DNA of 64,000 bases from Octopus sinensis (lineage: Eukaryota): assembly GCF_006345805.1 (NCBI RefSeq), contig NW_021833279.1:13142-77141 (forward strand). The letters run 5' to 3'. This document shows, in pieces, positions 42,701 through 55,500 of this stretch; the stretch's first letter is position 1; each line of letters opens with the position of its first letter. The notes beneath the pieces were generated by a model. That model did not search any database. It worked only from the letters and a program-made list of their open reading frames with translations, and was not told where the DNA came from. Made by a program: the position numbers and the translations under genes.

Positions 42701-44801
42701 CTTTTTAATTCTCAATTATTAAGGGTTGTTCCCTTCTTGATCTGCTTTTGTTGTCTGAGACCGTCAATTTTGTGCTCTCAAACCACGCGCCCCAGATTAA
42801 TTGCAGGCTTCTTGCTCGTTGCACCGGTATTGGGTGGGGTTGTGCTATACATTTATCGACAAATGATGCGGTATGGTTGTTATTTCATATTGTAGTTATG
42901 ATGGCCTTATTTGCGCCGAGCTCCAAACTGATATTGGTAATTGACCGATGAATATTCGCACCTGGCGAATATTTTATCATTATTCTATTGAGTTTTATCA
43001 TTATTCTATTGAGAAGTATATATACTCATACCCAAGTTTACGTATCATACATACATCCGTTCATAGCGGAGACCGATACACATTCTGATATTCTGCGATT
43101 AATCTCTGAAATCTTTGACATCAACGTCACCAACAGGCTCAACAGACAAATGTCTTTTTCTTTCTTTACAATTTATTCTTATTATTTACATCTTTCGTTC
43201 TGACTTTCATTCATTCACTCGTTCTTTCTTAATTCTATATTTCTCTTCTCCATCAATTCCTTCCCTTCCAACAACCTACTTTGTAAATGATCCCCAATTC
43301 TTTCTTTTAAACTACATTATTTCATTTAATTTCGCAGAACCCGGTCTCGGATCATTGTATACCGGTGGGGCAGAACAACTTGTCCTCCTTATTCAAACTT
43401 GTATATGACGGTTAGTATACTTTATATTTCTCAACTCTCATTCTTTTTTTGTCTTTCTCTTGTTCTCTTTTTATACCTCTCATTCTCTCTTTTTGTTGCC
43501 TCCCTTTCTCTCTCACCCTCTCTCTCACGCACATGCACACACACTCACCCTTTGTCGGGTTGTTTGACATATACATTCTCAAATCCTCTTATGGTATGTC
43601 ACGTTTCAAACGTCTATACCTGTAGACTATACAGACACTACACAAAACTGCTTACTCCTTTGTAGGTATTTGGTCAAATCAGAATATTATATGTTGTCTA
43701 CTACGGAACAAGTGAAAAGGAGGTTGTCTAACCACAGAATATAGATATCTCTACGTTAAATTAGAGACAGGGGCTGGACTGAAAACCACCATGGCGATCA
43801 AGAATTTCAGGCTGACCAGCTTTGGATTGTAGATATCAAATACCGAGGCTGCTAACTGGTGATCAATTGTACTGGCTACGGATGGTGGTACTGTACGTGA
43901 GTGACCAGAGCTGAATAGTGGCCACTTGGCTATCATTAACTAGAGTGCCCAGTGATCGTAGGTGTGGGCTAAATTGAAAAGAGTCTTTTAGAATTGATGA
44001 CAGTGACTGTAAATGGTTATTGGAATGAACGCACAATGTAGAATGAGGACTGGACAAGCCACATATTGTAACTGATGGAAAAAGCTAAGGACTGTATTCA
44101 TTAAGTAAAATAGAGAGAGACTAAATATTAGTGAGAGAACAGAGTACAGAATGCACTTCTATTCTTCCGCCTCACCGAAATCATCCTATCGCTAAAACCT
44201 TGTTCTTTTCATGCACCACATCACCTCATTAATTATCCAGTATATCTTTGTAAGGTAATTCCGAAACTTCCAATTCAAACTGATGCTACAAACCCCGCTT
44301 CGGCAATGAACCTCACATTTCCTAAAAATGTTCTGAATCTGCTCTCTATAAACCCTACAATATCCTTTATCGGTAGCCCACTCCGCCGTCCATTCATCTT
44401 AAGCACAACGCCATCACTGAATCTTATAATTTTTCCTCCCACCTCGTTTCTGCGTATTGCATGAAAAAAGTCTGTGTGATCATAACGTCTATGTAAGCCT
44501 GCATCTCGTCGTCTCCCCTAGTGTCCTACTCAAACCACCAACAATTTCCACCACCCAAAATATCCCCGTTCACACGTGAACATCTTTTCATTTCGGATAA
44601 ACACGTGTGCATGCGTTAAAAAATCTTCTTTTTCTCCATCTGGTGACACCCACCGAAAAACACCTACCCCATGCATACACATAATCCACGTCGTAACCAC
44701 AAATAGGTACCCGTATACACAAAACATATATATATATATAAATGGAGTTGTATGAAACAATCGTACCGCATTATCTCTAGATATCCTTGTTGCTTATTAC
44801 G

Positions 44802-44850
<49 letters not shown>

Positions 44851-45056
44851 ATGAGAAGGCAAATGCACAGCTACGATCTCATACATACCTCAACACACAG
44901 CTTGCACTCACATAAACACTAACATATACACCACAATTCCTTCACACGCGAGTAAACATGACTCCTTTAAATGAAAAATTGTAATGAATGTTTCCGTTAT
45001 TTCATATATAAGTTTGCTTAACATCTTTTTACTTGATATATTCTTACCAATTGTAG

Positions 45057-45559
45057 GTGTGGTTGGTGGACAAAAGTATGACCAGACAGGTGGCGGAAGT
45101 AATAATCTCTTATGCCTACCTAACGATCCCATTTGGGCCAATTATACGACAGAAGATGAAAAAGGTGGTCACATTTATGGCAGTGAATATCAACTGGAAT
45201 CCTACCCAACTAATAAAATCTTTTCTTTTGCTCACGCTGAATCAATTCATCAACACAACGTTCCGTGCGCTGTCTGTTTGACACGACAACCTGCTGTTGT
45301 TATGATGTTACCAGCCAGGACAAAGTGTTACGACGGTTGGACAGCTGAGTATTCAGGATATGTGATGACCGAGCGTCATAGTCATAAGGGCAGACATGAA
45401 TATGTGTGTGTGGACTATGCACCAGAAGCTGATCCAGCAGGTTACAGAGACGAAAATGGAGTTTTATTATATTTTGTTCAGGCTGCTTGTGGTTCATTGC
45501 CATGTCCACCGTATGTCAATGGTCGAGAATTAACCTGCGTTGTGTGCAGTCAATATTGA
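45057..45559 (+). CDS. Exon 4, copy D: short-chain collagen C4-like C-terminal domain
   Basis: Acceptor ttgtag|GT GTG. Uninterrupted frame with all Cys and one extra Asn codon. The 24 residues upstream in the supplied ORF 44984-45559 are intronic. Confidence 0.85.
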
Positions 45560-47239
45560 ATCGAATTTACATTCGTTCTATATGAAAATTTATGTCGGCG
45601 AATCATAAATTATAATATAATAAAGCAACATATACGTTTCTTGTAATTGTGTTTCGCAATATTTTATCCAAGTAATATATGTCGTTAAATAAATTGCTGC
45701 TACAAGTTTTCAGAAAATATTCAAAACGAAACAACAGAGACGTCATAGAATGTGACAAATAGCTTAACAGAACGATATAATCCTCGGGGAATGATTCTAG
45801 AATACTTTGTATGAGGTTCAGTTTATCAAATTTAAATGTTGAAATAAAATGATGATTCGTTTAAATGTGTGTTGTATTCCGTCTTAAAATGAAACCAATC
45901 CCCAAAAGAAGCACCTCCGTACAAATATATCACCTTTCATGATCAATCTTCAGAAAACACGATAAAAGCTAATAACTAACGTCACTAAATCATGAGTTTA
46001 TAAAAAAAATACTCCCATACGTATCATTGTAACTACAATCGATGCGATGAAAGCTCTGCAATCCAATGGCGGATTACCTAATAAAGGATATTTGATATCC
46101 ACTGAAGAAATACCACAAAATGTTGACTACCTAACTACTTGTCAGGTTACTAAAACATTGAAGTTTTCAAGAAACACTTTCGACAAGGGTACAAGTACAC
46201 GTCCCACGATGAACTATTTTCAACCTACATTCACATATTCCCGCTTTTCTACAAAAATCACACACACAGCCTAGCGTCACATTACACACGCAGCCTCTCA
46301 TCGTTCCCTGAACACTGATGTGCCAAAATAAAACATGAAACCACCAAGAAATATGAGTACACCTCAGGAACAGCATCAACCGAATCTACAGCAACACCAC
46401 AAAACATCAAGTTCAACAAATTATCTCCGTCTGTAACATAAAACTATCAAACTCGCAGAAGAGGAACTTGCTTCGAGATACATGCATACAATAACTGTAA
46501 CACACATAAATGACTTAGTAAGGAAAGGAACACCACTTATAAAATATGCATTAGGTGGAATCAGTGCAACATGGTGAGTCTTTCACACTATACCCAGCAT
46601 GATTGCTCCTTGTATGTGGGAGTTTGTAGAATGGCTGCCAGATAAACGAAGGTCCGTGGAAAGAGGGATCTGTGGGTGGCAGCACGTTTTTTGTCCGATT
46701 AATTGCGTGCCATAAGAATGCTCGATTGTGAAAAAGCTAGAGAAAAAGAATAATAATTAAGTAATATGAAAGCACGAAATGCAAATTGACAAATGAATAT
46801 ATGGAAAACATTCAACATGGCGTCCCCAGTGAACAGTATTAGCGCTCAGTATTAGGCATAAGCAATTTTTAGGTTCGTTAAAATGTGATAATGGCATAAT
46901 TCAAACTCTAAAGGCAAATTCAGTGCAAAAAGTTGCAAAAACAGCATGTCAGTCCAGTGCTGCTCCCTATCGGGTTCCAGTTCAGCCGTTATCAAAATAA
47001 AATACCGAAGTGGGGAATATCTGGACAAACTTAAAGCCATAGCTTTAACTTAAACATAGTCAACAACAACGAGTAAGTGACGCCATTAGAGCGCCAGGCT
47101 GGAGTCTGTCGTGAGTTACCTCCCTTCGGTATTTCTGTTTGATAAATACTTCGCTAGAGGAGTTGACCTCAACCTTGTGCCCCCACAGTAACTGCGGTCG
47201 CTCGTACGAGCCTGCATTTTCCCCGCATTTTTGTGTGTA

Positions 47240-47306
<67 letters not shown>

Positions 47307-48229
47307 ATGTGTCCGTGTGTGTGTATGTGTGTGTGTGCCTCAGCGTGTGTGTGTGTCAGTGTGTGTGAGTCACGGTGTGTGGGTCAGTGTGTGTCTTTGT
47401 GTGTGTCAGTGTGTGTGTGTGTGTGTATCAGTGTGTATGTGTGTGTGTGCGTCAGTGTATGTGTGTGTGTGTGAATGTGTGTGTGTGAATGTGTGTGTGT
47501 GTGTTAATGTGTGTATGTGTGTATGAGTATGTCAGTGTGTGTGTGTGTGTGTGTCTCAGTGTGCGTGTGTGTATGTCAGTGTTTGTATGTGTGTCAGTGT
47601 GTGTGTGCGTGTGTGTGTGTCAGTGTGTGTGTGTATGTGTCAGTGTGTGTGTGTGTGTATGTCAGTGTGTGTGTGTGTCAGTGTATGTGTGTGTATGTCA
47701 GTGTGTGTGTGTCAGTGTGTGTGAGAGTGTGTGTGTGTGTGTGTGTCAGTGTGTATGTGTGTTTGTATTTGTGTGTGTGTCGGTGTGTGTGTGTCAGTGT
47801 GTGTCTGTGTATGTATGTCAGTGTGTGCGTGTGTATGTCTGTCTGTGTGTGTGTGTGTGTGTCAGTGTGTGAGTGTGTGTGTGTGTCAGTGTGTGTGTGT
47901 GTGTGTTTGTGTGTGTGTATGTATTGTGTGCGTGTGCGTGTGGGAGTGTGTGTGTGTGTGTGTGTGTGTGTGTCTTTGTGTCTGTGTATTCATTGGTTGA
48001 ACGAAATACTTCCCACACTGAATATTAAAACAGTTTCCCAAGAATAACAAATAAGATTAAATAACAACATTAGTAAATAAATATATCATAATATATCCAG
48101 AAACAGGAATCATTTCACCTTAAACGTGTCTCTCATTCATCAAAATATTTTGCTAATTATTGTGTGACTATATCAAACCATCTCTTTCCAATAATTAAAC
48201 CTGTCAGACAAGTTCACACCCGCTTTTAC

Positions 48230-48330
48230 AGTTCCACCAATCGCATTGGTTCATAAATTTACGATAAGATCTATGCCAGAGCTGGGTTGTTGTGCGCTCA
48301 ATAAATACGTGGAATTCAGTTACAGGTCTT
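48230..48330 (+). promoter_or_regulatory. Candidate core promoter of the gene (homologues at ~10665-10760 and ~36015-36110)
   Basis: CCAAT-cgc-ATTGG palindrome (48237-48249), AATAAATA and Inr-like TCAGTT (48316-48321) about 90 nt before the ATG. Motif match only; the CCAAT palindrome is broken in B and D. Confidence 0.3.
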
Positions 48331-48405
48331 CAGCTTAAACCTCGCATCTCGATCTTTTGTTGAAGCCACACGAAGTATCACTTACAACCGACAACTGTCA
48401 CCAGA

Positions 48406-48551
48406 ATGGATTTCGCAAAACAGTTCAGGAATATTTCGCAGCGTTATTCCATTTCTTCTCTCATAGCTTTTGGGTTCTTCTCGTTCTGACGATCGTGATT
48501 CTTCATCAAGATTCAAGAATAAGAGGAAAAATGGAAGAGAAATCGAAAACG
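48406..48551 (+). CDS. Exon 1, copy E (cytoplasmic tail, hydrophobic anchor, start of stalk)
   Basis: agaATGG start and ACG|GTAAG donor. The consensus of B, D and E reads [46 protein letters not shown]. Confidence 0.6.
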
Positions 48552-49810
48552 GTAAGACATGGATTTTTTGTTAATATATGTATGTGTTTATGTATTTATA
48601 TATGCATGTATGTATGTATGCATTTACGTATGTATGTATTAATATGTGGATGCATGTATGTATGTATGTATGCCTCAACGTATGTATGTATGAATATATG
48701 GATGTATGTACGTACGGATGGATAGATGGATGTAAGGATGTATGCCTGAATCACGTACATATGTTCCTATAGAGCGCACACACACACACATAAGATCACA
48801 CACGAACACACAGGCGCACACACCTAAACATACATATATATACATGTACATATTTGTATATATAATATACATATATATGTATATATAATATACATATATA
48901 TGAATATAATAGTGCGTGAACATATATAGATATATATACATACAAACAAATATATGCGTGTGCGTATCTATCTCTCCTTCTCTCTATTTATCTATAGATA
49001 CGTATATATGTATGTGTGTGTGTGTGGTGTGTGTGTGGTGTGTGTGTGTGGTGTGTTGTTGTATATAAATACATTCTTTTACCCGTTTCAGTAATTTGAC
49101 TGCGGCCATGCTAGAGCACTGCGTTTAGTAGGACAAATCGACTTTGGCAATTATTCTTTGTAAGCCTAGTGCTCATTCTATCGATATCTCTAGCCGAACC
49201 GCTATGTAACGGGGACGTAAACACACCGATATCAGTTGAGAAGCGATAGTGGTGCGACAATCACAGACACATACATAATACATATATACATACATACATA
49301 CACATCCGTGTGTTTGTGTGTGTGTGTGTGTGTGTGTTTAGCACCCTTATTTCAGTCTCAATCTACCAAATCTACTGACATGGCTCTGGTCAGCTCGAGG
49401 TTATAGTGGTAGGCATTCGTCCAATTTTCTACGCAGTGGGAATGAACAGAATACCTTGTGGTAAGAAGCAAGTGTTTTCCCACACAGACACTGTAATATA
49501 TATATATACATATATACAGAAAATGTGTAAATATAATTAATTTAATAAAATCAATAAAATTTCACCTAGTAGTATTTCGGTATGGAAAAGGACCATATAC
49601 GGTAAAAATTTAAACAATTATAATGAGGGTTTTTGCAACAATTTGATTAAACAACATACCGAACATATTAGAAATAGCAGTCAAAGGGCTACCATTCTAC
49701 CATTGCTGTAATAGAAATGGTAGGCCTTTGACTTCTTTTTCTAACATTTTCGGTATGTGGTTTAAGCAACTTATTGCCAAAAACCCTTATTATAATTATA
49801 TAATATATAT

Positions 49811-49866
<56 letters not shown>

Positions 49867-50058
49867 CATACATATATCACCGCTCGGTCTGGGAATCGAA
49901 AGCGCGATCCTACGACCATTGGGCCATTGTACCTCCCACACAACACATATATATATATATATATACATAAATAAATATATATATACATACACACATATAT
50001 ACTTACGAATGTATATACATACATATCTATCTATCATCTATCTATCTAAATATCTATT

Positions 50059-50089
<31 letters not shown>

Positions 50090-50097
50090 CTCTCGTG

Positions 50098-50131
<34 letters not shown>

Positions 50132-52457
50132 TTGTTTATGTATATGTATATATATGTATATATGTATGTATATACATATACACACATCCCAAGGAAACAC
50201 AGAGAAGAGTGGAATTGTACTCCTGTCCGATCGCTCTTTCACCAGACATAATCCTGGAGAGGGAAATAAGTGCGTAATGAAAAAAATCTAATGGTGGGGT
50301 TCTAGCATGGCCATGCCCTGTCGCTGCAACTTTTAGCCCTATTAATATTAGTGTTAAGTATTATATCTAGATGTACACTTACACACACGCACAGAAACAG
50401 ACACATGCAAACACACACACACGCACACATAGGAATACGTACATATTTACACACATTTATCTATTTCTCTCCATCAGGAACGGAAGTGAGGCGAGTTTTT
50501 TTGAATCTTTTCTTTCCAACTGAAAATAAAACGTGCGAGTGCCAATGTAGATCGGTGAATTTCGTAATGTTTGACTGTAATTCACGTTGGTTTTTATATA
50601 TGACAATATGTAAGAACGAATGTAAATACATACACACAGACACACGGACAAACACACGCACAAATAAACACAGACACACACACACGACGCACGCACACAG
50701 ACGCATGTGCTCAATTGTACACGAACAATCACACTATACAGTGTATGTCCACTCACATATATGTGTGCGTTTGTGTGTGTGTATGCGTATAAGTAGATAC
50801 GTATATTTGTGATATTTATGGTGTGTATGCTTCAGTGTACGTGCATACGTATATATCGATATGTGTGATGTGTGTGTGTGTGTGTCTGTGGGTGGAGGCG
50901 CAGTGGCCCAGTGGTTCGGGCAGCGGACTCATGGTTGTCAGATCGCGGTTTTGATTCCCAGACTGGGCGTTGTGAGTGTTTAATGCTCCACGAGGCTCAG
51001 GGAATTGGGTTGTGTTGATCTCTGCTGTACTCTTTTTCTACAACTTTTTCCCTTTCTTCTGTTGGCCTGCTCGCTTAGCCCGCGGGGTGGCGTCATTTGA
51101 AGGCTAAAACAACGCGAAGCGCATTGTGACTGGCGATATGTAGCAACAACTGGTCTGTGACGGTGATCACGGAGATATATGCATCATACGCACACAATAC
51201 ACACACACACATACATACACACGTACATACACACACACCAGCACAGATGTCTACATATACCTTTAACGAACAATACTCATACAGATACGGACACACTCAT
51301 ACACACATGGGCAGAGACACACACGCACATACACGTACTTAAGCGCACACACGCACGCACATTACTCCCACACAACTCCAGAAAAACCCAAAACACACAC
51401 GCATGTACAAATTCACATACACACCGATACATATACATACACACAATATATGCCTACACGCACACACATACACATCCGTATACACATATAGACAGAGACA
51501 CACACACACACACGCACGTAAAAACATGCGCACACATACGCACGTACACACGCACATTAATGCACACACCGAAAACTCACAACCGTACGGATACACGCAT
51601 ATACACCCATATACGCTTACACACACACATACAAACGTACACGTACATGCACACACGCACATACGAGACGCACGCACATACATACACACACACACAAAAG
51701 AACCCACACATACATCCCATACATACGGTACACAATTATACATACACGCGCACAGTTATACGTACATGTACACACACATACGCACAGTTATTCGCCACAC
51801 ACCCAAACTCTACGCATACACACACATACACACACATGAACACACACACACTACAAACAAAACACACACATGATACATATACATACACGCACACACACAC
51901 ATACTTCAAACTAGCAGTACCTACTACTTGACCTGTGGTAGAGACAAAGGGAGCCACGCCCAAATCCTTCTTCCTTGACCTTAACACTACTAACCCTACA
52001 ACACGCAAAGATTAACAGCCACAACCACACACACTTACACACGCACATGCACACACACACACATTTGTCATCATTGCACACATACACACATACTCACATA
52101 CACACGCGCACACGCAGACCTCCGCGCACGCTCTTATCCACACTTACACACACACATCCCTCCTCCTCTATCTCTCCTGTCTCTGAAAGATCTTTACTTC
52201 TCCATTTCCTTCCGGTTATTCAAAATGCGCCTGCGTGTGTACCATTGGCGGTTTTTTTGTCTTCTGTCTTCCCTCCTCTGGATCTTTCCTTCTCGTAAGT
52301 TTCCGACGAAGAGCTCCACCTGAAACGTTAAACCCTCCTTCTTTCTTCTCTACTGAGCGTCCAGTAATACTATCTTTGTTCCACGTCCTCGCGTTGTGTT
52401 TTTTTGGGCTTTCTTGTTTGGATTAATTTAACTATATATATGTAACATGTGTAGATG

Positions 52458-52490
<33 letters not shown>

Positions 52491-52500
52491 TATATATAAC

Positions 52501-52546
<46 letters not shown>

Positions 52547-55500
52547 ATATATATATATATGTAGAATATGTGTGTGTATATATATTTGTGTGTGTGTGTG
52601 TGTGTGTGTACTAGCAGTCATACCCGGCATTGCAGGGGATTAAAATGGCAAAGATGGTATATAATATATTCCAGTCATTTTGAAACAGGTGTGATATGGG
52701 AAAGTGCAACATTGACAACAAAACATTTGTAGAGAGTAAATGCTGGGCTAATTCGACTGAGCAACATGCTTTGCGTCCGTTTGGAGTGTTTCAGGCCCTA
52801 ACCTGTCATGCAAAATTGGAGGTGGAGTTTGAGTGATTTTTGAACGCACCGAAAAGCTGTCAGTGGATATACTCTCCTTTGCAGCAGTGTGCGCTGTGTC
52901 TAACACGACCCATCATCGGAAATTTTGACACCTCACGTCGGGTTTCTTGTCCTATCACTTATGGAGTAAGTTTGGAGGAACGGTGGTTGTTCAATCGCGG
53001 GTACCAGGGAACCAATGAGGGGATAGACTTGCCTTGAACTTTGACGTCGGCGTAAATTCATGTTTATCTATCTTCTTAGATTCACCAAACGATGTCATTT
53101 GAAATTCAGATTTTTATTGTCTGATATTGTTCAGAAAATCGTTCGACTCGATTGAAGCGCCTTCTAGAAGATTCCTAAGGGGTTGAGATGGTAGTGTTGG
53201 CAATGATACCTGTCCGATAATAAATACACTGAAGTTCTATTTATATGATGCTATTTTATTTTTTCACAGAACCGTTTCATCTCCAAGAAATCTCTCGACG
53301 ATAAACCTGATGATACGCCAAGTAAGAACTGATTTTATGGCTAAAGTCTTTTACCCGTGTCTCCTTAACTAATGATTTAAAATTTTACCAACTTTGAATT
53401 AGTTCCACATTACTATCCATATATCCAAAATAATATATACTAAGACACTTGCCTGAATTTATTTTAAAATATATTCTACTTTACAAGAATTCCTTAAATA
53501 TAATGTTATTCTAATATACTATGCCATTTATTGTGTGTATGTAAGTATATATGCAGTGCTACGTCGAGAATTGTTTCGACCCGCACGTTTCCTCTGAGGG
53601 AGCTCTTTGCCGAGTGTCCTAGTCGGCCAGTACATTCACTGTGAAACATTAGAGTGCTCAGAGCGAGCCCCACCGGCTTGCATACGAAAAGCATGAATGC
53701 CCTCTTCATCTGAGAATCAAATGCCCGAGCTGTCGCATCACTGCGTTTATATCTACAATTCAGCATTCTGTCAACTCTTGTGCTTCCAATCATTCGCGAA
53801 TACAGACCCGAAATAATGATGTTCCACTTTCCTACACAGTGCATATTTGTCAATCCTGCCTTGGTGTACTCGGCAGCCAACCTATTCAGTGCACGTTGTT
53901 GGTGACAATCAGACAAATTAGGTAGCAGCATGTCGTCTACAAATAACAGTCCACCGATCACGTAGAGATGAATTGGGATAACTCTCCCACAATGGCTGCG
54001 CATATTCAACCAGATCACAAAATAGAATGTGAGAAGGGGCACTAACAATGCACACTTCAACTAAGTGAAACCTTCACGTTGTAAACTTTCGACTTTTACA
54101 TAAATACAATCATTTGAACATCCATATAAGTATTTTATGGCAACCAGTATTTGCCCAGTAAACTCACCTTCCTGGTAAACCATCCACAACATGCCTCAGG
54201 GCACGTGATCATGTGCCTTTTCGTGTTTTACAGTGTATTCCTCTTGGAAATGCTTCAACGTTTGCTGGAAGATCTGTCTTTGAATGACTCTCTGGTCGGG
54301 TGTACAGTGTCCCGGACAGTAACCTTTAGCACGACAATTTCCCTACATATCGTTTCCTGACATCTAGTATAAACTTTTCTATAATTAGAACACACTCATT
54401 GGTCTTTGTTTGAAGAAATTGTGATTGTCACCCCATATTACCATTGCCTTGGTGTTTGTCCCATCCACCTAGCGTACATGGGTCACTCAGAGAATACCAT
54501 CTGTATTTATGGCTTCTAAAATATCAAACCGAACGTGCTTTTCACAAGCAGTTTTATCACATTTAAGTGAGTTTAGCTCAAATAAGCGTTCAAACGAAGA
54601 AGAACCTACCGAAAAAAATAATACAATCACAAATCCATTTCGATGTCCAACTGAATTTAGGAGGGTCACTCTCAATTTGTATGCAAAAGTCTCCACATTT
54701 TTGTTTCTGATCCCAGCATTCACGGCTTACCAATTTCCAGTGTTCGGCAGACTGTAGGAATTTTCAGGTTTTCAGACACAAACGTTCAGCAAAGAGTGAA
54801 AGATGACCGAAATCTATCAAAAACCTCCGTCACCAACTATTTCTATACCAGGTACCCTTATAAATATCCCTGTCTTAAAATAATATCTATACCATAGGGA
54901 GGAGAGTGTGCATCCTGCACAGAAGGCTGCTACGACCTGTCCATTAAGTTCACTGACGACATTCCTTCCAATCAACCCTTCTCACGGTTATCAGTGCCAA
55001 GGTGTGCACTGAAGTCTCCTGGCAGGACAAATGACTTTACCCCAAATATATCTAAAGCTGAGGTGAATTGCTTAGGAAGGATATGTATTTGACCCAGCTG
55101 TTTGCTGCATATACTTTCAACAGCCACCGTGGTCTTTCATATTCAGCCTTAGTTTCAAGAGGTGAAACCTCACACCTAGTAGGTTTCACTCCATAAAACA
55201 ATCCGAAAGCTGGGGATTGAGAGTATCCTAATCTCACCTGTGCAGACATTGTGGCACCACAGTTGCGTAGTGGAGTTTCAAGCCTATATCCAGGTGTACG
55301 CTATCGGAGAAACGAAATTTTGTAGAGGAGACACCGATATATCTTACAGGCAGATTATATCTAAAATTGACGTTTTAATTCTCAATTATTAAAGGTTGTT
55401 CCCTCTTCATCTGCTTTGGTTTCCTGAGACCGTCAATTTGGTGCTCCCACCTCACGCACCCCAGATTAAGTTGCTGGCTTCTTGCTGGTTGCACCGGTAT

